From: Leptonemataceae bacterium
GTDB taxonomy: Bacteria > Spirochaetota > Leptospiria > Leptospirales > Leptonemataceae
Length of the DNA: 64,000 nt
NCBI GenBank assembly: GCA_965227295.1
Contig: OZ245742.1
Span: 1,600,001-1,664,000 of the forward strand
Direction of reading: 5' to 3'
Position numbers and translations under genes: made by a program
Notes under the pieces: generated by a model
What the model was told of the DNA's origin: nothing
The model's database searches: none
What the model saw: the letters and a program-made list of their open reading frames with translations, nothing else
In this document: piece by piece, positions 20,841-30,319 of the stretch
Numbering within the stretch: position 1 is the first letter of the stretch
Layout of the letters: every line of letters begins with the position of its first letter

Positions 20841-22034
20841 ATGTCAAATCAGCGAAAGTTAGCAACGATTTGCGTGCTCTGTCTCGCCGGCGTGTCCGTC
20901 TACGGCCGGGACTTCTACGAACCGGAACGACCCCGCGCCGACGGCTATCGCTACGCGCGTCCGGGCTACGTCTACGATTTGCAGCGGGACCTGCGCCCGC
21001 GCCCGGCCTATCGCACGAACTGGTGGTACTACACCGGGCATCTCTATGCGCGGGACGGCCGGCGCTTCGGCTTTCAGTATACGATCTTCAAAATCGAAAA
21101 CAGTCCGAATCCCCGGGAGGACTATCGGCAGGCCGGGGTCTTTTACATGGTGCACGCCGCCGTGAGCGACGATGCGGCCGGGCGCTACGTGTTCAACGAA
21201 ACACTGCAGCGATTCTTCCCGGGCATTGCCGGCTACGAGGAAAGCACGCAGACCATCTTCGTCGAGAACAACACGCTGCGAATTACGGAGGGCGGACGCC
21301 GGCACGAACTGCAATTGCGCACGGAGGAAATCGAACTGGACCTGGATCTCACGAGCGCGGGGGGCCCGGTCTATCACGGAAGAAACGGGGCGAGTCCTAA
21401 AGGTACAGGCGCCGATAGTTACTCGCACTATCTTTCATACACCGATCTCAAGCCGTCGAAGCCCGGTCGTCTGATGCTGAAGCGCGACGGGGGCCGGCCC
21501 GAAGAGTACACAATTACCCGGGCCGGCGTATGGATGGACATTGAGTTTGCGAGTAACGCCCTGGCAGACGATCAGATCGGCTGGGACTGGTTGCATACGA
21601 GCCTGGAGAACGGTGAACGTTTCATGCTGTTTCGCGTACGATCCGATCGGGGCGCGCATTACTACAGTGGAACGTACATCGCTTCCGACGGGCGGACGAT
21701 CACACTGACTGCCGATCACATTACATTAACGCCCGGCGCAACCTGGGCCTCGCCGCGCAGCGGGGCGGTCTATCCGGTGTACTGGACGGTCCGGGTACGC
21801 CTGCCCGGCACGGGCGAAAAACCGGACCGGGAGTATGAACTGAACGTGGAGCCCTGGTTCGCGGCCCAGGAAGCCGGCTCCAGGCTTTCGGGAACGAGTT
21901 ATTGGGAGGGGGCCGTGGACGTAACTGCTACTGTGCGTACGTTAGAGTCGAACGCCGCAACGAGCCGGGAAGTCCGCGGCCTGGGTTATCTGGAGCTCAC
22001 CGGATACGGCGAATCCATGCGCGGTCGCCTGTGA
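20841..22034 (+). CDS. AttH-like lipocalin / CrtC-like secreted protein
   Basis: WWYYTGHL, FGFQYTIF, GWDW, SPRSGAVYP, YWEGAV, GYLELTGY. Confidence 0.9.
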   Translation: MSNQRKLATICVLCLAGVSVYGRDFYEPERPRADGYRYARPGYVYDLQRDLRPRPAYRTNWWYYTGHLYARDGRRFGFQYTIFKIENSPNPREDYRQAGVFYMVHAAVSDDAAGRYVFNETLQRFFPGIAGYEESTQTIFVENNTLRITEGGRRHELQLRTEEIELDLDLTSAGGPVYHGRNGASPKGTGADSYSHYLSYTDLKPSKPGRLMLKRDGGRPEEYTITRAGVWMDIEFASNALADDQIGWDWLHTSLENGERFMLFRVRSDRGAHYYSGTYIASDGRTITLTADHITLTPGATWASPRSGAVYPVYWTVRVRLPGTGEKPDREYELNVEPWFAAQEAGSRLSGTSYWEGAVDVTATVRTLESNAATSREVRGLGYLELTGYGESMRGRL

Positions 22035-22190
22035 GCCGTCCCGGAGGTTTCATCACTTTCGATAATTTAATGTTCCTTTAATATCTCTCTGCGGCGGTCG
22101 CTCTCAAAAAAAAGCGCACATGGAATAAACTTAACTACTTGACGGAAGGTCGGATGGAGGCACCATTTCGACGCAGGACAGAGGGGATTC

Positions 22191-22562
22191 ATGCATCAAG
22201 AGCCGGCCACCAATTTCGACAGCTTTCCGGATCGCGCCGTAGATCGCGAAGCGCGTCTGCGGACGATTACCCGCGGCACCTCCGTAAGGCTCATCTTCTC
22301 GGGAGCGCTGGACCTGTACTCCGCCGGTAGCATGAAAGAAGAAGTCGAGGACACCCTTTCCGCCGACGTCACTTCCCTCACCATCGATCTTTCGCGGGTC
22401 TGTGAAATGGACTCCTCCGGTATCGGACTCGTCTTTCTCTGCAAGGCGCGCATGACGGAACGCCGCGGCAACTTTGCCATCCACGGAGCATCGCCGCGCA
22501 TCGCCCGGCTGCTGAACATCGTCAGCCCCGGCGTCTATCGTGACCGCGCCACCCCGGCGTAA
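22191..22562 (+). CDS. STAS-domain anti-sigma-factor antagonist
   Basis: SGALDLYSA, IDLSRVCEMDSSGIG; GAGGGG SD. Confidence 0.9.
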   Translation: MHQEPATNFDSFPDRAVDREARLRTITRGTSVRLIFSGALDLYSAGSMKEEVEDTLSADVTSLTIDLSRVCEMDSSGIGLVFLCKARMTERRGNFAIHGASPRIARLLNIVSPGVYRDRATPA

Positions 22563-22625
22563 TTTTTGTCTTCCCCGTCGCGGAATTGGTTGCCCTGACC
22601 ATCTGCCCGCGTTGCGCTTCTCCGA

Positions 22626-23771
22626 ATGAGTCGTCCTCCCGTCGTCGCCCGGGCCCCGGGCCGCATTTGTCTGTTTGGTGAGCACCAGGACTATCTCGGA
22701 TTGCCGGTCATCGCCATGGCCGTGGACCGCTACTTTACCATCGAGTACCGCCCCCTGGACGGCGAGCGTCGTTTTACCATCCACACGCCGGACCTGCCGG
22801 ATCGTGAGCCGACACAACTGGACCTGGAAGCGTCGGAGCCGCGCAATGCCGAGGACTACTGCTGGGGCATCGGCCAGGTCCTGCTCGAAGAGGGCTTTGA
22901 GTTTCCCCGGGGCGGCAACGTCATCTTTCGTTCGAACATACCGTTTCGCGCGGGTTGCTCCTCATCCTCGGCCATGAGCGCGGCCTGGATGCGTTTGCTG
23001 CTGGAGATCGGCCGGCATCCGGAGCGGGAGCGTTATATTCAGGAACCCGAGCGGGCCGCGTACCTTGTGTATCGTGGGGAGAAAGAAAAGTTTCACGGCG
23101 CGGGTGGGATGATGGACCAGTACACCTGCTATCTGGGCGGGTTGGTGCACGTTTTCCCGCGCGAGGCATCCGGCGGCGAACTGCCGTATGGTGTGGAGCG
23201 ACTCGCGGCGACGAGTCTCCAGGATGTTGTGCTGATCGACAGCGGCCAGCCCAAGGACACCCAGGGCGTACTATCTTCCGTGGGCGATCGGGCTCGCGCG
23301 GCCGTGCGTGCGGCGGAGGCCGCCATTCCCGGTTTCGATCTCACGCAAATGAGCCTGGCGGACTTCGATGCCGTCGCGGAGCGGATCAACGACGCCGCGG
23401 CGCGGAGCATTGTTCGAGATCATATCATCAACCGCGATCTGTGTCGCGAGGGCCTGGAACTCTTTCGGAGCGGACATCTGACCCCGGAGCGGCAGGAGCG
23501 ACTGGGCGCGCTCTTAACTGAGGAACATCGCGTGTTAGCGCAGACCCTGGGGATCTCCACGCCGTTGATCGACGAACTGCAACTGCGCTGTAACGCCCTG
23601 GGCGCGGCGGGCGGCAAGATCAACGGCTCCGGCGGCGGGGGAACCCTGTTTTGCTACGCCCCGGGCGCCGCCGAGGCCGTGGCAGACGGCGTAGAGGAGG
23701 CCTACGGCTCCCGCGGGGTCCGCTGCCACCGCGTTCGGGAGGCCCCTGGCGCCGAAATCATTTCGAATTGA
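22626..23771 (+). CDS. GHMP kinase, galactokinase-like
   Basis: APGRICLFGEHQDY, IPFRAGCSSSSA, GMMDQ, GGKINGSGGGG. Confidence 0.9.
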   Translation: MSRPPVVARAPGRICLFGEHQDYLGLPVIAMAVDRYFTIEYRPLDGERRFTIHTPDLPDREPTQLDLEASEPRNAEDYCWGIGQVLLEEGFEFPRGGNVIFRSNIPFRAGCSSSSAMSAAWMRLLLEIGRHPERERYIQEPERAAYLVYRGEKEKFHGAGGMMDQYTCYLGGLVHVFPREASGGELPYGVERLAATSLQDVVLIDSGQPKDTQGVLSSVGDRARAAVRAAEAAIPGFDLTQMSLADFDAVAERINDAAARSIVRDHIINRDLCREGLELFRSGHLTPERQERLGALLTEEHRVLAQTLGISTPLIDELQLRCNALGAAGGKINGSGGGGTLFCYAPGAAEAVADGVEEAYGSRGVRCHRVREAPGAEIISN

Positions 23772-23804
23772 CCGCGTAGTGCACCGCAAAAAAATGGCCG
23801 GACT

Positions 23805-23999
23805 ATGCGTTACTCGATCTGGAGAGTTGGCCCGGGAGGCACCGGATTTCAGCTGAATACGGTCGGCGCGACCACGAGCAAGGAACGGGCCATCGCCAAG
23901 GTGCAGCTGTACAACGAACGGCTGAAACAGAGCGATCCCGAGTCCGAAGACCGGTTTATCGCGAAGGACGAGAAGGGTCGGGAACTCAAAATCGCCTGA
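23805..23999 (+). CDS. Small hypothetical protein (64 aa)
   Basis: Fills the intergenic gap in operon orientation; host-like codon usage. Confidence 0.65.
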   Translation: MRYSIWRVGPGGTGFQLNTVGATTSKERAIAKVQLYNERLKQSDPESEDRFIAKDEKGRELKIA

Positions 24000-24066
24000 C
24001 GCACCACCGCCGTCCGGTGCGGAAATCATTAAGCTTCGCGGATGAATGCCGATTCTGTAATCAGGC

Positions 24067-24294
24067 ATGCATTCGCACACCGAATCCCCCTCCGCCGCTA
24101 CGGCCGCCGCCGAAGAAGCGCTGGCGGATTTCGTTTCTTTTGAAGAGACCTTTCTGTGTCCCGGCTGCGAGCGGCCCCTGCCGCTCCTGGTGCAACCCGT
24201 GCATCTTTCCATGGAAATCCGCTGCCCCCGCTGCGGCCGGCAATTGACGAACATGATTCGCCGGGCGATCCGGCGTCAGGCGATGTCCTCTTGA
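24067..24294 (+). CDS. Small zinc-ribbon protein
   Basis: CPGC-x18-CPRC pair. Confidence 0.65.
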   Translation: MHSHTESPSAATAAAEEALADFVSFEETFLCPGCERPLPLLVQPVHLSMEIRCPRCGRQLTNMIRRAIRRQAMSS

Positions 24295-24318
24295 GGCGCT
24301 CGCCTTAATGGCCGGCGT

Positions 24319-24918
24319 TCAGCTCCCGCGCACCGTCATAATCTTCTGCACGTACTTGCCGAGCACGTCGAACTCCAGGTTGATGCGCGAGCCCGGGCGC
24401 CAGCCCTGGATGTCCGTGTGTTCCCTGGTATACGGAATGATCGCGACGGTGAGGGTGTGCTGCTTCGCATCGTTGCGGGCCACTGTCAGCGAGATGCCGT
24501 TTAAGCAGATGCTGCCCTTCTCGACGATCAGTTCTTCGTACTCCGGCGCGTAGCGGACCGTAATCTCCTGGCTGCCGTCGCGGTCGACGATCTCCGTAAC
24601 TTCGCCGACGGCGTCCACGTGGCCCTGGACGAAGTGCCCGTCCAGGCGACCACCCACCGGCATGGCGCGTTCGAGGTTTACCCGGTCGCCGGCCTTGAGA
24701 TCACCCAGCATGCTGCGCGCCAGGGTTTCGGCGATGGCCGTTACGCGATAGCGTTCCCCCTCGACGGCTTCCACCGTGAGACAGACGCCGTTGTGTGCCA
24801 CGCTTTCTTCCACGCGAAATTCCGGCGCGATCTTTGCCTGAAAGTGAAAGATGCGATTGCTGCCGTTCGTTTCCACGCGATCGACGGCGGCGACGGTTTC
24901 GATGATGCCGGTGAACAT
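24319..24918 (-). CDS. ribE: Riboflavin synthase (alpha chain)
   Basis: MFTGII start, NGVCLTV, VNLERA, GHFVQGHVD, KGSICLNGISLTV, INLEFD. Confidence 0.97.
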   Translation of the reverse strand: MFTGIIETVAAVDRVETNGSNRIFHFQAKIAPEFRVEESVAHNGVCLTVEAVEGERYRVTAIAETLARSMLGDLKAGDRVNLERAMPVGGRLDGHFVQGHVDAVGEVTEIVDRDGSQEITVRYAPEYEELIVEKGSICLNGISLTVARNDAKQHTLTVAIIPYTREHTDIQGWRPGSRINLEFDVLGKYVQKIMTVRGS

Positions 24919-24949
24919 ATTTGTAAGAAGCGCGGGAGGCCCGGCACCG

Positions 24950-25678
24950 TCAACGGAACTTCGCGCGAAATTGCTTGAAGCTCTCCGGCGGAACCGGTCG
25001 TTGCGCGAGGACCATGTCCAGTGTGATGGGGCGGCCGTGTGTGTTCACGAGGAAGTTCGCGAATTCGGCGCCGATGCAGAAGGCCCGCCGTCGTTCGGTA
25101 CGGTTTTCGGATTTCAGGCCGGCGCTTAGCTTCGTTTCGAATGTACTTAGTCTGGCTGTCGCTTTCATCCAGGACGCGGAGGACCGGCAGTCCGGGGCAG
25201 TGAGACGGCCGACGGATTCACAGTAACCTTCTTCGAGCCAGGGCCGCGAACTACCTGAGTTTTCCCGGCGCAGGCCCGCGAGCAGGCGATGACAGACCTC
25301 GTGGCGAATCGTCGATACGAGCAGGCCGCGTTGTTGTAAGGCGCGCGGTCGTTGTAAGATGAGCCGGTCCGTGCGTGCGTCGTAGAGGCCGGCGACGAAC
25401 CAGGGTTCGCCGCTGAGTTGGCGGAAGATGTCCGCGTTCCCGGCCAGGGCGATGTCGGTGGTCAGCGGCGGACGTACGCCGTGCATGGCATAGACCTCGT
25501 CGGCGTGCTTGCGAAACAAGGCATGGAACTCACGCAGCGCTTCGCGATCCGCCGCGGCTTTGCCGTACAGGCGATAGCGGACGCCTTCCCACTGCACGGT
25601 CTCGACCGCGGGCCCGGCAAAGAGCACGGTCGCAAACGCAAGCAGCGTGAGCAGGATCGTAGCAATCGTGCGTTTCAA
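24950..25678 (-). CDS. Secreted peptidase MA-like zinc metalloprotein
   Basis: Signal peptide from TTG 25678; HEVCH followed by PWLEEG (gluzincin-like); TTGA overlap with the upstream stop. Confidence 0.78.
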   Translation of the reverse strand: MKRTIATILLTLLAFATVLFAGPAVETVQWEGVRYRLYGKAAADREALREFHALFRKHADEVYAMHGVRPPLTTDIALAGNADIFRQLSGEPWFVAGLYDARTDRLILQRPRALQQRGLLVSTIRHEVCHRLLAGLRRENSGSSRPWLEEGYCESVGRLTAPDCRSSASWMKATARLSTFETKLSAGLKSENRTERRRAFCIGAEFANFLVNTHGRPITLDMVLAQRPVPPESFKQFRAKFR

Positions 25679-26904
25679 GGGACTCTCACCTGTGCCAGGC
25701 GCGCGCCGGGATAGTAGACTTCCAGGATTTCTCGCATCGTCTGGCCGCGGCGGGCGAGCTCCCGCGCACCCCATTGACAGAGGCCGACTCCGTGTCCGAG
25801 GCCCCGGCCGCGAAAAACGAAATCGTCGCCGTGACGTTCGACGGTAAACACGTTGCTTTTGATCACGTTCCAGCCGAGTCGGCGCCCCGCATTGGAAAGA
25901 AAGACGTGAGTCGGCATCCGCCGGGGCTTTCCTTCTACATAATCGATGCGAAGCTGCACCGCACGGCGTTCGATTTTTGCCGGCTTGCCGGTGACGTCGT
26001 AGCCGAACATGCCTTTGATCCGCAGCGGTGATTCACTGCCGGTGACGGCCTGGAGTTCGTCTTCGGAAACCGGGCGGGAGCGCCAGCGAAAGTGCGGCGA
26101 TTGTGCGCAGTAGGCGTGCGTGTTCGCCTCCCGGCGCCGATAGTGCGGCGAAGCTTCATGCTCGGGCCAGTACTCCTCCGGCCCGCCGGGCACCCCGCCG
26201 CAGGTGGAATGAAAGTACGTGGCCAGGATGCGTCTGGAATCGCGGCGATGGACGAGGACATGAGTTTCCCCGGCTAACTCTTTGTGCCTGGATATTAGTC
26301 CTGGAAAGAACATGCAGTGCGTGAGGTCGCAGAGATCGTAGCCGGGGTTTTCATTGCTGTGGCGCCCGCGGTGGGCGAGGGCGTAGCCGCGTACGGCCGT
26401 GCGCATGGCCTGCATCAGCGCCGGAGGATCCTGTTGTTCAGCGGGGGGCGGTCCCAGTTCGGACCGCGCCGTGGATGCGACGTAGTCTTCGAACGGGACC
26501 AGGGCAACGACGTGCAGTTCCTCCGAGGCGGCTTCGAGTTCCAGCCGGCCGGCATAACGCCGGGTGATCGGTCGGATCGGATCGAGGACCCGGACGGTAA
26601 GCGCGTCCCCGCCATGGATCGAGGCGAACGCGGCCGTGTAACTCTTGCCGCCGCTTTGCAGGCGGAAGCGTTTGTTCTGCGAGAGCCGCACCAGGACAGG
26701 CTCTCCGGCTTGCAAGGTGCGCCCCGCAACGAAAATGCGCATGGGCGCCCGGCTCCGAATTTCCAGGCGTCGCGGTCCGTACTTCGAGAGCACGCCGATG
26801 CGCAGATCGCGCGGGGCGACGACCGGAGCGACCTGTGGCGCGGGCTCCTCGCAGGCGCCGAGAAATACCGCGGCGGCGAGAATCATGCCGGCCCTTCGTT
26901 TCAT
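25675..26904 (-). CDS. SpoIID/LytB-domain lipoprotein (lytic transglycosylase family)
   Basis: Lipobox LGAC; EDYVASTARSE, YDLCDLTHC, FHSTCGG, GRGLGHGVGLCQWGA, IL..YYPG. Confidence 0.92.
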   Translation of the reverse strand: MKRRAGMILAAAVFLGACEEPAPQVAPVVAPRDLRIGVLSKYGPRRLEIRSRAPMRIFVAGRTLQAGEPVLVRLSQNKRFRLQSGGKSYTAAFASIHGGDALTVRVLDPIRPITRRYAGRLELEAASEELHVVALVPFEDYVASTARSELGPPPAEQQDPPALMQAMRTAVRGYALAHRGRHSNENPGYDLCDLTHCMFFPGLISRHKELAGETHVLVHRRDSRRILATYFHSTCGGVPGGPEEYWPEHEASPHYRRREANTHAYCAQSPHFRWRSRPVSEDELQAVTGSESPLRIKGMFGYDVTGKPAKIERRAVQLRIDYVEGKPRRMPTHVFLSNAGRRLGWNVIKSNVFTVERHGDDFVFRGRGLGHGVGLCQWGARELARRGQTMREILEVYYPGARLAQVRVP

Positions 26905-28022
26905 CTTACAAACAATTTCTCAAGTGTGATTTCTGCCAGGCGCCGGGCCTCGTCGCCGCCGCGGCCGCGTTCTGCAAAGGCCGTAACGATGTACGCGCGG
27001 CTATCGATGTCGGCGCGGAGAACGACCCAGCCGTGCGTGTCGTACTTTTTGCCGAAGATGGTGGCCGTACCGGTCTTGGCCCCCCGCACGGAAATGCCGG
27101 CCGGTGCATGCAAGTCCGCCAGCGTGCCGCCGGGTTCGAGGACCCGGCCGAGCGCGAAGCGCAGTGAGGCCAGTTGCGATGGACTGAAAGCGAGCCGTGG
27201 CCCCTGCCGTGGAGCGAGGAGATCGCGACCGCTGTAGCTGCTGCCCAGGCGCAACTGCGGGAGTCGCCGGGCCGTCTCATGATCCGCGAGCAGACTCGCA
27301 TAGATTTGGCTGACCTTCAGCGGGGTGAGGCGAATCGAGCCGCCCTCGCCGACGGCGGCCATGGTGCGCGCCAGGGGGCTCAGCCGTTTTCCATCGAGGA
27401 CGCGTGCCGGAGTCTCGATGGACTCACGCAGGCCGGTGCCCGGCGACGATTCCAACTGCCAGTCGCGGATCAGCAGATCGTAGAAGGACGGATGGCGCGC
27501 GGCCGTCGTGAGGAAGTAGACGTTGCAGGATTGAGCCAGGGCGCCGGTAAGCTGGACCCGGCCGTGGCCGTGACTCTTCGAGCAGCGAATATAGGAGCGG
27601 CCGCGCTCATCTTCCAGCACATGAAAGTCGCGGCGATCCTGCGCGGAGATGCGATCCGCAAAATAGAACCGGCCCCGGCATTGAACCGGCCGCCCGGGGC
27701 CAAACTGAAAGCGTTCCGGATGGCGCTGGAACACCGCCGCCGAAAGAGTCTTCACCAGGGATCCCGGCGGAAATACGCGCCGGAGCACGTAGTCTTCGTT
27801 ATACATGTACCGGACCACACCGGAACGGAGATCGGTTACGACCACGGCACCGGAACCGCTGCCGCGCTCGAATTCGCGCAGCGCCTCGTTCACGTGTCGC
27901 TGCGGTGACAATTCCGGCGGCGCGGCGGAGGCCGTGCTCAGCGCACATATCGTCCACAGGGCGGCCACGGCCGATCGTAGCGAGGTGCTTCCGGTGGGGC
28001 TTCTGGAGCGGCAGGCTTTCAT
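26901..28022 (-). CDS. Penicillin-binding protein, transpeptidase domain only
   Basis: SxxK (PGSLVK), SxN (QSCNVYF), KTG (AKTGTA), HGW; signal peptide; no pedestal/dimerisation domain. Confidence 0.88.
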   Translation of the reverse strand: MKACRSRSPTGSTSLRSAVAALWTICALSTASAAPPELSPQRHVNEALREFERGSGSGAVVVTDLRSGVVRYMYNEDYVLRRVFPPGSLVKTLSAAVFQRHPERFQFGPGRPVQCRGRFYFADRISAQDRRDFHVLEDERGRSYIRCSKSHGHGRVQLTGALAQSCNVYFLTTAARHPSFYDLLIRDWQLESSPGTGLRESIETPARVLDGKRLSPLARTMAAVGEGGSIRLTPLKVSQIYASLLADHETARRLPQLRLGSSYSGRDLLAPRQGPRLAFSPSQLASLRFALGRVLEPGGTLADLHAPAGISVRGAKTGTATIFGKKYDTHGWVVLRADIDSRAYIVTAFAERGRGGDEARRLAEITLEKLFVR

Positions 28023-28127
28023 GGACTTACGCCAATATTTTTATATACCTCTTGCCGCCGCTTCTATAATATTGAACCGAAATTCCCACGCTTGATTTCT
28101 GGAATTCGATTTACCACGCTTTCCGCC

Positions 28128-28988
28128 ATGGCCAATACCAACGATCTGGAGCCGATCGAAGCCACGCTCTGCGTGAACGCGACGCCGGCACAGGTGTATC
28201 GCGCGCTGACTTCGCAAAACGAACTGCGCAAGTGGTGGGCGCCGCGGGTCATTATGTCGCGGAACCTGGTCTCGCAGGAACAGGATCGCATGGTGGAAAT
28301 GCGGCTCATGCAGTCCGATCGCAATCAGCTCGTCCGCTACAGCTGGCGGGGCCAGGACTGGTCCGGGGACGCCGAGCCCACGACCATCACATTTCGCATT
28401 TCCGATCTCGGAGCCTCGCGGCATCGGACGGGCGAGGGCCTCATGCTGGAAATCTCCCACGACGGCTGGACCAACGCCCGGGAGCGCCAGCGCCAGAAGA
28501 AGATCTGGGACCGCGCTTTGCCCGTGCTCGAGGGCTTGCTCAGCGGGAAGAAGGTCCGGCCCTGGTGGGGCAAAGAGAGCGGGCGACTAACCTTTCAGCA
28601 GGTGCGATTAACGACACTGAAGCCGTTTTTCGAAAGCATCGGCAAACGCTCCATCTCGCGCACCCTGTGGAAGATTTGCAGCAGCCTCGATTCCGAAGGA
28701 CGCTGGTACCTGCACGACGGCGAAGAAGAGTTCGAATTTCGCAGCGGCTCGTGCCGGGTCTTCGGTCTGGACCGCGACGGTGTGGTGAAGATCTTCTGGA
28801 TCGATCTTTCGGGGGCCCTGGGGGCGAACCTCGAAGAATTCATGCGACGCTTTTCCGTGGAGCAGGAAGTGGATGTGGACGAGGATACGGCCTCCACCAT
28901 CCAGACCATGCGCGTCGAAGACGTACGCGCGGAGCTCTGGATTCGCTGGTGCAGCGACGTCCTCGATATCATCGAGGCGCCGGTATGA
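28128..28988 (+). CDS. SRPBCC/AHSA1-like domain protein with C-terminal extension
   Basis: VNATPAQVYRALT...LRKWW...YSW...ITFRI...LEISHDGW...W pattern. Confidence 0.8.
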   Translation: MANTNDLEPIEATLCVNATPAQVYRALTSQNELRKWWAPRVIMSRNLVSQEQDRMVEMRLMQSDRNQLVRYSWRGQDWSGDAEPTTITFRISDLGASRHRTGEGLMLEISHDGWTNARERQRQKKIWDRALPVLEGLLSGKKVRPWWGKESGRLTFQQVRLTTLKPFFESIGKRSISRTLWKICSSLDSEGRWYLHDGEEEFEFRSGSCRVFGLDRDGVVKIFWIDLSGALGANLEEFMRRFSVEQEVDVDEDTASTIQTMRVEDVRAELWIRWCSDVLDIIEAPV

Positions 28989-29638
28989 TCCGCTACGCGG
29001 TGCAGTTTGCCTGGTCGGTCATCGACGATCATCGCGTGCAGGTGTCGGTCACCACACCGGTAACGCGCGTCGGCACGCTGCACCGGCTCACCGCGGCGAT
29101 CTACGTTCTGGGCATGGACATTGTTTCCGGCAACGTGCTCACCGAAAGCGAAGACGGCGAGGCGGCGAATCCCGACGGCGCCGGGAGCAGCGGCGAACTG
29201 GTCTCCCGGGACAACTTCGTGTTGCGACTCACGCAAACGAAGATGAACAACTTTCCCATGCACGAGATCACCGGCAAACTCGGCGTCATGATGGAAACGA
29301 TCTTACAAAAAGACGTGGATCCCGCGGCCCTGCTGGCGGAGCACTCCGTGCAGCCGCCGGACGCTACCGATCTCTTTGCCGAACCGCATACGATCCGCTT
29401 CACGGAAGTGGCCGGTCGTAACATGACTCAGATGTACGTCGAATCGAAGGACCGCACCGGTCTGTTGTATCATTTGACGCAGGTCCTCGCCCGGGAAAAC
29501 GTGAACATCTGGAACGCCGTCATCGTAACCACGGATACCGGCGTAACTGAAGATTCGTTTTACTTACAGCACGAGGGCCGCGCGTTAAGCGAGTCGTTCG
29601 CTGCGGAACTGCGTGCAAAGATCGAAGGCAAGTCGTGA
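28985..29638 (+). CDS. Tandem ACT-domain protein resembling the GlnD C-terminus
   Basis: RVGTLHRLTAAI and ESKDRTGLLYHLTQVL...NIWNA...EDSFYL; ATGA overlap. Confidence 0.8.
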   Translation: MIRYAVQFAWSVIDDHRVQVSVTTPVTRVGTLHRLTAAIYVLGMDIVSGNVLTESEDGEAANPDGAGSSGELVSRDNFVLRLTQTKMNNFPMHEITGKLGVMMETILQKDVDPAALLAEHSVQPPDATDLFAEPHTIRFTEVAGRNMTQMYVESKDRTGLLYHLTQVLARENVNIWNAVIVTTDTGVTEDSFYLQHEGRALSESFAAELRAKIEGKS

Positions 29639-30303
29639 ACATCGAAGCACCAGTTTCTCCCACTGTATCTCACATTAGTACTCACGAAATCAAAGCGCTG
29701 TTGCGTCGTTTCATCGAACACCCCGGCGCGCACCGGCGTTGGTTGAACACCCTTTCGTTTTTGGAGTACACCGGCACGCGCAAGATTTCCCGTTCGCTGG
29801 AACATCGCGCGATCGACGAGGAGGCCCTGCGTCACCTGGCCGAGGAAGCCCGGCACGCGCACTTCTTTAAGCGCATGATCGAACGCGTGCCTGGTGATCC
29901 GGCCTGCGATGGCTACGGCGTGGACGAACTCCTGGGCGGCCGGGCCGCGTCTCGCTACTTTCAATCACTGGACGCCGTAGTGCGCCGGGAGCTCGTGTCG
30001 GCCGCCTATCGTCGTGAGGAGTTGCCCGCGGAGTCGCTTTCGGAGCTAAGTTATGTTTACGTGACGTTACTGATCGAAGAACGCGCGGGTTTGCTGTATC
30101 CGCTGTACGATCAGTGTCTCCGCGACGCCGACGTGCCCGTTCGATTGTCCGGCATTGTCCTGGAAGAAGAGAAGCACCTGGAAGACATGTTCGCGACGAT
30201 TGCGAAGCAGGATCCCGGCCGCGACGATCGACTGGCGCGGCTACGCGAACGCGAAGCGGTGTTGTTCGCGCGGTTTTTTGCCGTGTTGAAAGAGGCTGTG
30301 TGA
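29635..30303 (+). CDS. Ferritin-like diiron-carboxylate protein
   Basis: E...EEARH and E...EEEKH ligand sets; GTGA overlap. Confidence 0.8.
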   Translation: MNIEAPVSPTVSHISTHEIKALLRRFIEHPGAHRRWLNTLSFLEYTGTRKISRSLEHRAIDEEALRHLAEEARHAHFFKRMIERVPGDPACDGYGVDELLGGRAASRYFQSLDAVVRRELVSAAYRREELPAESLSELSYVYVTLLIEERAGLLYPLYDQCLRDADVPVRLSGIVLEEEKHLEDMFATIAKQDPGRDDRLARLREREAVLFARFFAVLKEAV

Positions 30304-30319
30304 GTCGCGGCTGCGCCCC

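Noticed and set aside
28232..28984. Extension making a 468-aa ACT ORF
   Set aside because: Out-of-frame overlap with the SRPBCC gene; ATGA coupling at 28985 gives the natural start
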